Shown: one piece after another, positions 23,765-36,852 of the stretch | How positions within the stretch are numbered: the stretch's first letter is position 1 | Layout: each line of letters begins with the position of its first letter | NCBI GenBank assembly: GCA_038496445.1 | Contig: JALMLS010000466.1 | Location: 496,001 to 560,000 of the forward strand | Direction of reading: 5' to 3' | Source: Trichosphaerium sp. ATCC 40318 | Lineage: Eukaryota > Protista > Tubulinea | Length of the DNA: 64,000 nucleotides | Position numbers and translations under genes: made by a program | Notes under the pieces: model-generated | Databases searched by the model: none | What the model saw: the letters and a program-made list of their open reading frames with translations, nothing else | Told to the model about the DNA's origin: nothing

Positions 23765-25817
23765 ATGTACAACATGTCTGTCGCTTTAGTGTTTGCTTTC
23801 TTGGCAGCGTTTACTACTTTCACGTGTTGTGAAACGGTTTATCCTTTATACACTATTAACTCTATAAATACTGGATTTACGGACTCGGACTACAATGTTA
23901 TCGCTAACAACTTTGGTTTCGCGCAAATGACTGCATCTTCAGAGCAAATAAACGGTTTCCATAAAGTTAACCCCAATTTCAAAGTAGTACAATACTTTGA
24001 TTCCCTTACAGGACCAGCAAATACAATTGAACCTATTAATGTTAGAAAATCAGTAGCGTTTACTCCAAACGCTAGGTTATCTTTTGATATATCTACTACA
24101 GATACTACACTCGACTTTGAGTACTTGTCGAATACAGCAAAGTTTTTGGTAAGTTTGTATTTTCATCTTTTTCTGCTTTGTTTTTTAACTCCTACCAAAG
24201 GCTAGTACAATACCTGGCGACATCAGCAAAAACGGCGCTGAGTATGTCACATTTATAAGAGTTGGAGATGAGATTATGCGTGTAGATAAAGTGCTTGATA
24301 ATAAGTTGGTTGTAACACGTGGTTTGGATGATACAAGGCCAACAAAGCACAATGAAAATTCAACTATATTTTCTCCTTTGTACTATGGAGAACGCGTTCC
24401 AGGATTTTCAAAGGACGCTCATATTGTTTATCAAAGAGACCCTGAAGCGATAGCATATCCTCAAGCTCTTGTAAATGCAACATCAAGCTCAATATCGAAA
24501 GGCTATGACGGTTCTTGGTTTGACAATTTCGCTGCAGGTACGGAGTCTTGTCTGTTTTAGGTAAACCTCATTTTAACTATATTGTCGGATTTTGTACATC
24601 CATGATACAGTTTTACATCGTCATCAAAGTTTTCGGTGCTGATATTGCAATATCAGTGACATTTTGGGTCCCAAGTGTTAGCGTTTCTCCAAAAACAATC
24701 ATGTTTTCAAAAAAAAAAAAAACAACTTATTTTAGGCATGTACGACACTGTAAGGATTGATAACAAAAAAGTTAAACTTGATGAAATCTGGAACTTTAAA
24801 ACTGGATCGCCATACACAACTGATGTACATGTACTTGCTGAGCAGAATGCATTAAAGAGTATTTGGAATCAATTATATCAGAAATTTGGTCATTACCCTA
24901 CAATTCTCGCAAACAACGCTGAAGGTTTTGGCAAATACTACCTTTCCAATGATTAATCCTTGTTAGGATGTTGGTTTCCTGAAAAAGGAAACTGCAGAAT
25001 ACTAGTAGAAGGCAGTACGGTGAGACCACTTGACGGATACAGGTAAACAAATGCTTTTGCTAATAGCTTTTTTTTCTGTTGCTTAACTTGGCTTTAGTTT
25101 GGAATCCTTCTCGGGTTCAGAGCAAAATACAGATCCGTTCCATAATGGATGCAATATATCAAGTTTATCTTGGTCATTTCACCCGCTAACGATTTGGGTG
25201 AGGAACGTCCAAAACGCAATGGATGCAGCACAAAAAGATTTACAAGCTTTTCCAATGATATCTCAAGCTGGTTGCAAATCACCTTTTCTTGAGATAGCAA
25301 AGGACAGGGATAGAATAGAAACGTTTGGATATTCTTCATTCCTTCTAGGTAACCTTTTATAACATGTTATTGAGTCATGTCTATTACTAGATCGTATTTA
25401 AACAACTTTTTAGCATCCAGTCACCCAAAGCAAAAAATGAGATTCGGTCTTCCTTGCATGTACCGAAACGCTTCTGGTCACCGATATGCGCATGTGCATG
25501 AAAGATATTCCTGGAATATAGGAACGCCAATCCATACTGAAACGCCAGACAACATATCTGGCTATCAACCTGAAGGTACAGTGATACTGAAAGCCTTCAG
25601 CTTTTCTAGAAAAGGATGAATTAATTATTGCTCCATAGGACACGTGTCATACATGAGGCTATTCGATAATGGCGCTATTCTTGTAAATCCTACAAACAAT
25701 ACTGATACTCCCATTAAGCTACCTAGTGAGTTATACGATCCAGTTGAGAAACAATACGTTCAAAAGGTTACAATGCTTGCACACACAGGCTTGATTTTAC
25801 TCAAATCACCACCTTAA
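23765..25817 (+). CDS. Secreted glycoside-hydrolase-like protein (GHL15/GH168-like TIM barrel)
   Basis: Signal peptide; GYDGSWFDN motif; inserted beta domain RVGDEIMRVDKVLDNKLVVTRGLDDT; C-terminal YMRLFDNGAILVNPT. Confidence 0.55.
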
Positions 25818-26569
25818 TAAATGTATCACGTTTCCTGCATTCACAACCTCTCAACCAATGCTACTATTGCACAATATCGAATAGTAGCACTTCTGTTACA
25901 ATAAGCAAGAACACCTATTGTATACCTTTTGATAATCCAGTAGTAAAGTAAACATTTTCACAAACTAAGATTTGATTTAAACAAAATCTGTCGCAAACGA
26001 AACAGTTTGACAAAAACAGCATTCACGTTTCTTATCTTTATCACACTACATGCCGCAGTTTACAAAATGAAAATTGTTTACTTTATTTCACTGGAATAGA
26101 AGATAAAGAAGTGCCTGACCATCAGATATTCGACCTTGTGGCACTTCCAGTCGAAATAATAGTTACAAATAAATTGATTGATTTTAAAATTGTTATATTT
26201 GCCTCTTCCATGTACTCAAGCGACTGATTTTGTTGAGAAACCTTACCGTCGTAACAAAGAAAACTGAAGGTTGCGGTTTACTTTCTTGTCACCCCAATAC
26301 GTTTCGGCGTAATCTTCCTTAAAATTGTATCAAAAGATTCATCCTCAAAACTTTGTCTCCTTAGTGTAACTACACGTGAAGCCACATGAAAAAAGTGAAT
26401 TGTTATGTCCCAATAAATCCCTGGCCACAAACATGTTTGGGTACCCAGCCATGATCCGTTAAGCAAGGTAAACAACTTAAAAAGAGATGTTTATTTGTTT
26501 CTCAAAGAGTGTCACAACCACCCGTGAGTGTACAGTTTGTATTTGGAAAGTACCAAGAAGAAAAAAAAA

Positions 26570-27566
26570 ATGCTGGAAATATTAGTTTCGCATCTCGAGC
26601 AACAATCCTTTGTTTCTAAGGCTATCCTCACGTTTTCTCTCATTGTCTTAACGTATTTAATTCATGGCTCGTTATACTTAATCCTAGATGTATGGCACTA
26701 CCCTGAATGGCTATATAAGTACAAAATACAACGAAAGGTACAATAAAAAAAAAGCGGAAAGCAGTTTATCCGTCGATTGAAAACTTGTAGGTTGAGTTTG
26801 ACTCAACAAAGATTCCTCTTATTTTAAGAAATCTTGCCGTAAACTTTATACTCGTAATATTTCCCTCGTCATTCATCTTCCACGGCGTAGCCCAAGCAAA
26901 CGGAAATCACCTCTTCAAGGTACAACTTCATCATCTTTTTGATATGTTTTCTCAAGCCCACAGGGAGATATTCCTTCACCCTTGCGTATGGTCATTGAGA
27001 TAGCAATCATGGTGTTTATGGAAGAAGTATTTTTCTATTACGGGCATCGCTTACTCCATATTCCTTTTCTCTACAAAAAGTACGAGTACTTTTAATTTAT
27101 TTATCACGCACAAATTACTTAAGTTTGTTTTTAGTGTTCACAAGGTGCATCATATTTTTAAGTCTCCTATAGCCTTGACAACAGGATTCTGCCACCCTGT
27201 TGAAATGATAATAAGCAATGTACGCTCTTTCTACAACATCATTATTGGTTAGACTTAACTTTTCTTTCCTGTAGGTGTTACCTTTAGTACTCTGTCCACT
27301 TATCGTCCAATGCCACATTGTCACTTCTTGGACATGGTTTGTTTTGGCTTTGATAGCTTCTCAATCGCACCATTGTGGGTACGTAAATTTTTTGTTTCGA
27401 ACAGATAATGTTTATCACGTGAGGTAGATATGATTTCCCAATATTTGTTGACCACAATCCGAATTTTCACGATTTACACCACGAATCTTTTACTTACAAT
27501 TACGGATTACTTGGATATTTGGACCAATTCCATAATACATACAAAGAGAGTGTTAAATGCAGTTAA
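26570..27566 (+). CDS. Fatty acid hydroxylase / sterol desaturase family protein (FAXDC2/ERG25-like)
   Basis: His boxes: FYYGHRLLH, VHKVHH, HPVE, SHHCGYDFP, FHDLHH, NYG. Confidence 0.9.
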
Positions 27567-27814
27567 CATAATTATTACTTCAAACAACATGTTAAAACCG
27601 CCAAATAAAGAAATAACTTTGAGCTTGTTTTGTGACAACATATCATCAAATACGAGTATTGACAAGAGAGTACACCCAGTTGTACCTTCACATACTTAAA
27701 GTTTTACACAGTTGTGTTTTACTCCCTCTGAAGTGAACTAACTGCTCGCATAGTCGAATACAACTACAAGGTTGGTAGTACTCACATTTATTGTACAAAA
27801 AGTTGCAAGTAATT

Positions 27815-30800
27815 AATCATCTTGCAACTCATCTAGATTATCATTTAATCGCGTAACAAGGCGTTGAATAGCCAAAACAGATTTACCACCTTCAAAAATA
27901 AAAAAGTCAGAAAAAAACAAAGAAAAAAAAACAGTCGTTCAAACCTTTCATGATAGGCAACAATTTACGCAACAGATCTGCCCTCTCTAGACCCTAGACA
28001 CTCATATAAGTACTAGCACATACGTGGAACACAAGAAATAAAAAACCAATGAAATAGTAGACGCACAAGGATAGGAGGTTTAGAACCAGGTGGGTAACCC
28101 AACAAATCATCAATTAGTTCAGCTAATTTATTAACCTTTGCATCCGCAGTCAACTTTTGCACATAGAGCTTTAACCAATGTTTGTATTCATTAGCAGATC
28201 CTATGAGGTAATAACAGTTAATAAAGGGGCAAACACAAGTACTATTAAAGGAGGGACAAAAGAGGCACATACCAATTGATAATGCACATTGAATTTGGTT
28301 CTCCAAGTGAGAAACAGTATGTATAGCTTGTAGTTCAGTTGTTACGTTTTGTAGTAATAGTGCTGATGGTTCATTGTTTACAAGCATTTGTAATCGTTGT
28401 AAAGGTCCTCGGCTACCTAGACCAACCTTTGCATTCAAATCGGAGTTATAGTCAGACAAGTGGAACTGAGAACCTAAAAAACAAAAAAAGTTAAGAAAAA
28501 AAAAGTTGCTACTAAGTTCGAGGTACCTGCTATCCGTTGCCAACAAGCCATATCTTTACTGAATAAATAAGATTCTTTGGTATCAAGCGTAACTATAGGT
28601 AAGCCTAAAAATAAAAAAGTGTCAACGGCGGAACCTTAAAAAGCAAAACAGAAAAAAAACAACAAAAAAGTCATACCTTCAGATGACAAACTGACAATAC
28701 TAACATCATTCATAAAACCCTTTGTATTTGTCTAATAAAATAATTAATTAACAAACCCACTACAATGACTACAAGACCAACCTTAACATGAAGTGATCTC
28801 TCCACAACATTCCAAACCTAAAAGCAACAGGTTGTTAACAAAGCCCACATATAAAACAGAAAAACTTGCAATTAAAAAAACTTTAAAACCTTTACTTACT
28901 AATATCTTTCCTGTGGCTGCAGCGCACATCAAGTATTCGTTATTTGCTTCTAAGAAAGAAACCAAACCTCCCATATATATGCATGCAAAGATACGACGAC
29001 CAACAGGACTGTAAATATACAAATGACCGTCTTCTGTAGCGAAAGCAGAAAAGAACCGGTTTCCATGTAACAAGGCTATTTTTCCATCAACAGCATCTTG
29101 CCACAATGGCCCAGCTGAAGGATCTTTTGTGATTACTGAAATTGTAGATACACCTTAAAGGCAAAATCAGCAAAAACGAAAAAAAATGGAAAACAATGAA
29201 TACCTAGCTCCGAAGTTGCCGAACCAGACCAAGATACCTCCACAAAGCCAGCATCTTCAGCACGGTCTACATCCATGGAATCAATGAGCGCTCTCTAAGC
29301 CGATAATAAGTTTGAATGATTCTTGTTTTTGAGGGACGCTGTTGACATACTGCACCAGCACAAAGTCCAGGAATCTTCTTTGTGACACTAGTAACGCCAG
29401 GAGCAGGGCGTAGATTATGTCGAACAATACTCAAACCAGAGTTTGATCGTTGTGGAGAGATGATAGGCGAGAGAGGCTCTCTTTTACGCTTCTTTCTAGA
29501 ACCACTTGTCCGTTTTTCTGCAGGACGCTAATTAAAGAAGGAAAAACTATTAGCAAACATGTCTTAGTATCAACAACGCACTTTTGTGCCTGTTTTCGCC
29601 TTAGGTGATTCTGGTTTTTCACTTTTTTCATTTTTCTTTTGTGACAAGCCAACAGGTGTAGGCATTGCTGAGCTATAAAAACAATGTAAGAAACCTGGTA
29701 CAGAGTATTTCTTTTCAAAGAGAAGCTAACCGTGGAGTTGGCACTACGTTTGGTGTTTTAAATGGTGTCATCGGCTCTGGTGTAGTTGCTGGACTAATGA
29801 CATTACATTAAACAACAAGGTTATCAAATAAAACGTACTTTAACAACTGAGGCGTGATTCTTCTTTTACCATTTACGCGCGTTTCTGTTTGTTGAGAACG
29901 CTCATCTGAAATCGTTAAATCTATGCTCATAGGTTCTACAAGCCATGTTGTTTAGAACAACGGTATTACAAAGCAAAAGCATACCTGGTCCTGGATTCGG
30001 TGGTAAAGAATCATCTAGAGGTCTTACAGCCTCCCTTTCAGCACCAGATTTAGGACTATCAGAGAAACTAATCTCAGCAGAACTATCATCGCCGCTGCGC
30101 TCTTGGGAGTCAAGATCTATTAAATCAGGGTCCTCTACTATATTAGTAAAATTGCCACCAAGCTCTTCGTATAGGTCTATCATATGTTGTTTCATCTACA
30201 GGAATATAAGAATGAAAACGAAGGAAATACATCAAAACTTTCTCCACTACTCACCTCTTTATTCGTCAATCGAGGACCTAATAACTCTTCTGATATAGCA
30301 ACAACACACATTGTGCCGTCACCTGAGCATGCTACGAAAGAATAACCTATGAAACGTTATTATAATCAAACACTACTCGCAATGTTGTACCATCAGGATG
30401 CCAGCAAATATCTAGAACGCTGGATTGAAAAATAGACTTCAATATCATCAAAGCGCGTGGGTTATTAGTGAGCCAGACTGATATCTTGGTGTCTTTGCTT
30501 CCCAATGCACAACATAGATGCGTCTGCCCATCTCGTTTAAAAACGCTTCCACTGAAAGCCTAATAGCGTAAGAAAAGCAACAAAGAGTGTGCCACAGGAA
30601 AGACGTACAGCACGGACAACTTCTTGAGAATGCCCAACAAAATCTCTTCCAAGCTTCCATGTGGTACGCATCAATATTGGCGCTACATGCTTTCCTGACT
30701 TTACAGCACAAGTAGATACCAACACTTGGCCATCAGGAGACCAACTACAAAACAATCATTAAAAAAAACCGAGCGTATAAGATACAACGCATTAAACACT

Positions 30801-31943
30801 TACCATGGTCTTTTAAAAAATACAGAACTACTGCTGCGTTTATACGCCTCAGATACTTTATGTTCAAGCTCAAAATCAGTTGTACGCCAAATGAGGAGAG
30901 AACGGTCATCAGCCTTAATGAATTAGGTAGTTGTGATTAATAATAATAGTTTGTATTACCTGGGAAGCTAGGAAGTGTCCAGCAGGATCCTTAGTCGAGA
31001 AATTAGACAAAAACAATTAAAGCAAATTATTAGAATATTTACCCATGCAATTCCCTTTACTATTCCTTTGTGTCCTTGAAGTACTTTGAGTAATTTACGT
31101 GGACCAACATCCCATATATAAATTTTATTATCATGACTGCATGCAGCCAATCTCAAGCCATCAGGAGACCAACAAACATCAACAACATCTAGATTAAAAG
31201 ACGTCAATTTGATGTTCATTATGCAACCATAAAATGTTTTTTAAATCTCTATCCCCTACGCCATGCAATGATGCTCACCTGCTTCTGGTCCACGTAAAAA
31301 CGCCAAGCGTGTCCAGTTTTCTACGTTATCTGTTTGTTCCTTTAGTGCACCTGGCACTTCAACTCGTTCTATATGAGTTTTATCTAAATGCCACACAATA
31401 ACGGCTTTGTCATCTGCGCCGCTAGCCAAGTATTTTCCTAACAAAGCAATTAACAACAAAGGCTTTTTTATTTTTTTATTAGAGCTGCATCACGTGCCAT
31501 CTGGAGACCATCTGACAGAGTTTACTGGTCCAGTGTGGGAGTTTATTTCGCATAACAATAATTTTGTGTCTTCCAACTATCAAGGTAAGCGAGTATTTAC
31601 GCCAACTGTCGCTTACCTCTTCTTGGTTGGGGTCGTATAGTGGTTCAGTATTCCAAATTTTTATCTTGTTGTCTTGTACCGTTAAAATACTATCAAAGCG
31701 TGATAAGCGTACCTCCTCCGCCCGTGGCAAAGCGAACACCGTCAGGTTGAATAGCGATCGAAAATATTGGAAACCCTTTTGGCTTTAGGAACGACAAACA
31801 CTCACAAACGCGTCCAAGTAATTTATAAACAAGCAATTGGCGCGGAACGCGAAAAAGCTTTATTTTTTCTTTTAAAACAACGTACCATCATGAGAAACCC
31901 ATCCAGGCTTTGATATGTGGGTGTCTGTGTTCTCTGGGTTCAT
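27815..31943 (-). CDS. HIRA: Histone chaperone HIRA
   Basis: [60 protein letters not shown], B-domain QQTETRVNGKRRITP, C-term TVSHLENQI...EYKHWLKLY. Confidence 0.93.
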
Positions 31944-32621
31944 TTCGAGCTTCTTGACATACGTAACGCAAATAGGGTACTTTGGTTTACTCAGCTTCTT
32001 GGGTAGCTAAAAAGCGGGACGAAAACAAAAAAACGTCAAATTTCTATGCTGCTTGAACGTTAAAGAATTACAAACATAGGCCCAAAGAGACCTATAATAC
32101 GTGCCACATACTATGAGGAGTGTATGCTAAAAAAGTCTAAAAACTATCTTCGCCAAACACCAAAAAGGTTGTGCAAAGTTACATTCAACGCTATTATTCA
32201 TCTTAAAGATGCACTTTTTCTACCGATTGACGATACGTAAAAAAAATGTGACATGTGTCTACAACCTACGCGTACGGACTAGATACACGCGCCAATTGCG
32301 ATACGTAACACAAACTCGCTGCAATATGCGGAGGCACAATATTTACCAAAACTATTTCGGCTCAAGCCAAAAATTGTTTTTCGACAATTGTCGACCATCA
32401 ACATGAGGTGTAATAAACTAGTTTAGGACACTATTTTTTTTTAAATCCGTGATTTACCGCGCCAGCTAGGTTTTGTCAATTTTATTGCGAATTTGCATGG
32501 AAAAAACCATTAACGGTTACTAAAAAACACTCAAAAGCTATCTTAGTAAACAACAACTCCTCCAAGGTTCGACCCCAACTTTCGTCCAACGCTAACCCTC
32601 TTAGTTACCAACAAAACAATA

Positions 32622-33145
32622 ATGTCTGCAGGAAAACCAACCTCACGTTCTCAAAGAGCTGGCCTACAAGTACGCCGCTAAATAACGTCTAGTTAGTAGA
32701 GCAATTCTAACCACTCTTAGTTCCCTGTTGGTCGTATCCATCGTTTTCTCAAAGAGCGTACCTACGCGGGCGGTCGTGTCGGTGCTACTGCTGCTGTATA
32801 CTCTGCTGCTATCTTGGAGTACCTCACAGCCGAAGTCCTTGAGCTCGCGGTAAGATCTAGAGTCGATCTGCAAAAAACTTCTTTTCACCCTCTTTACCCG
32901 TCTTTTTAACTACCAGTGAACTCATGTTCATTTTTTATCATTGAAACCACGCTCATACCGAATAGGGCAACGCCTCGAAAGATTTGAAAGTAAAACGTAT
33001 AACTCCACGCCATCTTCAATTGGCCATTCGTGGAGATGAAGAGCTCGACACTTTGATCAAAGCTACCATTGCTGGTGGCGGTGTCATCCCTCACATCCAC
33101 AGATCCTTGGTGCGAAAGCAAGCCGAGAAGAAAGCCCCAATGTAA
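32622..33145 (+). CDS. H2A.Z: Histone variant H2A.Z (two coding introns; probable 5' UTR intron at about 32567-32604)
   Basis: [20 protein letters not shown]...[69 protein letters not shown]. Confidence 0.97.
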
Positions 33146-33336
33146 GCGGTGCTATGTGGAGAACAGTCCCAAGCATACTGGCTCGCGATTTTTATTGCGT
33201 GTACCATGGCCCTTGTATGTAGATGAGTATAATAATAAAAATTTTGTTGTTTTAAACGCTATGCCTACGTTAATAGAGGAATTCTGTTCAACTTTTTGTA
33301 ATTACATGATAACGGCTAGATTTTTTTTTTCTTTAT

Positions 33337-35314
33337 TTACATAAAATCTCTCATTGGATCAGAGCGTTTAACGCGCTTCCTTCTATACTCTTCGAGCTGT
33401 TCTGTGGTTACACCGTCGTATTTCTTTACGTCGGGGTCTTCACTCTTTTTACTGCTTGATCTCTTCTTCTTATCCCTCTTGCGCTTCTTGTGCTTGTGTT
33501 TTTTGCCTTTCCTGTGTTTGTCTTTTTTCTTGCGCCTTTTTTTCGGTTTGCTTTCAGAAGAAGAGTCGCTATCTTCAATAGGCTCTTTAGGTTCTGAGCG
33601 CTTTGGTACAAGCTCCTTTGGTGTTTCAAACACTGGAGCTTTACCAGTGCAGTAGGAGTTTTTGGTGAAACTGCCACAGCAAGCGTAACCCCATTTACCA
33701 TCACGCCAAAAAGATCCCCACACTTTTTTATGGTTTTGTAGAAGCTCTAAAAAGGAGTTAAAATTGTTAATTCGTTTTTTGCTTCAACTTTTTTTTTATG
33801 AACAGAAATTCACTTATCAATCGTTTAGAACGTACCGTCTTCTTTGTATTTACTGGATGGTATAACTTCTTTGCCTTTTACTACACTTCCGTCCGGGTTG
33901 TATTCAACATAGCGCATTGTTTCCCCTAGCAGTGCAGTTTCCTTTGGTTTTAGGTACTCTGCGCCGCCATATTGGTCAATAAGCTCTATTAGGGTATTAG
34001 CGGCTGTTTTGCGTCGTTTTTTTGTTTTTCCTAAACGTACTTTTTTGTTGTTGTGTCCTAACCCTGCTCGATTCTTCTTTGTATTTAGCGTACATGACCT
34101 CTGTTTGCGATGGCGCTGCATGGAAGTGAACATCCACACCTTGGGATGCAGCCTCCCAAGCGAAGCGTCTCGCCTGCTCAAACATTTCAGTTACTTTCGG
34201 TGTGTCATCTGTTTCCCACATCTCATCTGAGAACAGCGTCAGCGTACGACAAGGTGAAAAAAAAAAAGTTTTTGTTGAACGTACCGACAGGTATTACATC
34301 ACCTCCTCTCATACTACGTGTTTGGGGGTCGTAGTTATCGTCATCCAAATCTTTAAGGTATTTTGCTGTGTCTGAGCGGTTACGTAAGTTTCTAGTGGTA
34401 CTTTTTGTTTTTGGGTCTACAGCAGGTGCAAATGCTTCTGTAGCTTCTTCCTTTGCTGCATTGGCTTCATCCACAAGGCTTTCAGTCTCTCCTGCTGTTG
34501 CTGAGCCCGTGTGAGGGTATCTTTTTTGATCGCTGTCAGGTGCTGTATTAAATTCGTCTAACTGTTTCTGTGACTTCTGTAGTCGCCTCTCTGCCTCTAT
34601 TTTTTCAAATTCTGCAATGTTCTTTTTCTGACTCTTAGGATTGTAACCATTCCATCTGCTCACATTTAGAATATGCGCTATCATTGTATGGTTTATTTAA
34701 AAACATACCTATCCCTCTTTGCTTCGAAACCATGCTCAACCTCTACAATTACCTCATCTGGTTGAATATCTTCGTTTGTCCATTTGGCTCCCTTTTTACG
34801 TGGTCTATCAACACATTCCAGTGTCTTATGTGTCATTGCACCGCAATTTTCGCAGGCGCCTTTTCGATATTTAGTAGCTGCTGGTCCCTGAAATGGTGTC
34901 AAAATGATGCCGTTTGATTCTTCACAAACATGAGTATACGTACCTTAAATTTGCCTCTGGCATACCAATCAGAAAATCCAGACATTTTTTTTCCTTCACG
35001 TCGTTGATGGTCCAATCCAGGCCTTCCAGTATGCAAATACCCTACAAGAATGTAATTACATTGGTTTTTGTAATAAAATAAATTAAATCACGTACATGGC
35101 GCATCAGCAATAAAGTCAGGGATGTAAGGGTTAATTTCTTTTCCGTGTTCATCTTTTTCTGGTTCTATAATACCAGCTCGTCTCGCCTCTTGAGTTTCGA
35201 GCCGTTTTTTACGTTCTTGCCTATTTAGCGCTACAGAAAGGTAAACACACAGCCCACAGATTGAAAAATCATTACAACGTTTTTTTTGGGCGTTTACGTA
35301 CTTGAAGTGGCCAT
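33337..35314 (-). CDS. SLU7: Pre-mRNA splicing factor SLU7
   Basis: [16 protein letters not shown], zinc knuckle [69 protein letters not shown]. Confidence 0.95.
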
Positions 35315-35476
35315 TGTGGTATTATGCCACCAGCGTTAAGCAAAAGCAATGCAGTATCAAAGCAAACTGTTGATGTTAGTCAAAGAAAAGTCAAAATAGC
35401 ACCAATCGTTGACTTTGTTTTGACAGTGTGTTTTGACATTGTATTTTGACATGTGGACCACTAAAACGATAGTGTA

Positions 35477-36614
35477 ATGTCAGAAGTATTTTCCGCAGCT
35501 TTATTGAAAGGTTCAGTGGTAGTTGTTACCGGTGGTGGTACGTTTATTGTGAAAAAAAGATATTGATCGGTTAGGTACTGGAATTGGGCTAGCAACAGCC
35601 AAATTGGCAGCGAAATTGGGCGCAAAGGTAGCCGTATGTGGTATGAGCAGTTTTATTTACAAAATAACTAAAAACATACAGGAAGGCGTGAAGAACCCTT
35701 AAAAAAGGCATGTGAAACACTGAAGGACCTTGGTTATGATTCATATTATAAAACGTGCGACATTCGCAAAGAGGACACTGTAAAACAATTTGTGGCGAGC
35801 GTTCTAAGTCACTATGGAAGAATTGACGTCCTAGGTAGTTATTGGATATAGTTTTAGTTGTAACTGTTTTTTTTAGTCAACAACGCAGGTGGACAGTTTG
35901 TTATACTGGCAGAGCATCTCTCTGTAAAGGGGTTTGATGCCGTTGTCCGCAATAATTTGTTGGGCACGTGGGTTATGACACGTGAAGTTGCAACTCAGGT
36001 TTGTTGTCTTTTTTGTTTTTTTCAAGTTTCAACAAAATGTAGGCGTTTATTCCACAAAAGAAAGGCAGAATTGTGAATATTATAGCGCAGATAAAACAAG
36101 GATTTCCTGGCATGGTTCATACTGGCGCAGCACGTGCTGGTGTAGAGGTACAATATAACTATGAGCAAAAGGCCTAATGATAAAATTGCAGAATGTTACA
36201 AAAACCCTTTCCAGAGAATGGTCCAGGTTTAATATTGCCGTCAATGCTATAGCACCAGGAGTAATTGAGTACGTTATTCGATTTTCATAATACGTGGTTA
36301 ATTTCACTTAGCTCTGGCGCATTGGGAAAGTACCCAGAACCATTTTTGGCAAGTTCACGCAAAGCAATACTTGGTGGAAAGTTTGGTACATTAACAAGTT
36401 ACTAAATATGTCCTAAACTTTGTGATAGGTACTTCTGATGATATCGCCAATCTTGCCGTTTATTTGAGCAGCTGGAAGGCTGCAAAGTTTATCACAGGTC
36501 AGACATACTATGTTGATGGTGGTGCTGTACGTTACTTAATTATTATTATACTATGATAACACTTGTTAGTCGGTGTATGGTGGAGACATTAGTTTTATGT
36601 TCTCTAAAATGTAG
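35477..36614 (+). CDS. Peroxisomal short-chain dehydrogenase, trans-2-enoyl-CoA reductase (PECR)-like
   Basis: VTGGGTGIG, NNAGGQF, GFPGMVHTGAARAGVEN, NAIAPGVI; ends -SKM (PTS1-like). Confidence 0.85.
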
Positions 36615-36852
36615 GAAGTATTCTGCGTTCTGTTTTTTTTTGCCTTAAAAATTAGTGACGTGCCTCCTAAATAAATAGCGTACAAATTTAGTGACAGCGA
36701 TCGTATGTATTTGCGACAAACATGCTTTGCGTTCCGTAGAAACCCGACAATTCTTAAAATTATTCAGTTAAAGTCAAAAATAATTAAGACAGAAAAACCA
36801 ACTCCTGATCGTAATTAAGCATCCAGTGTTGAGTGCAACGAGTTGAGTACAA

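Noticed and set aside
32564-32580. GGTTCGA T-loop-like motif (tRNA?)
   Set aside because: It is the donor of the H2A.Z 5' UTR intron; no cloverleaf
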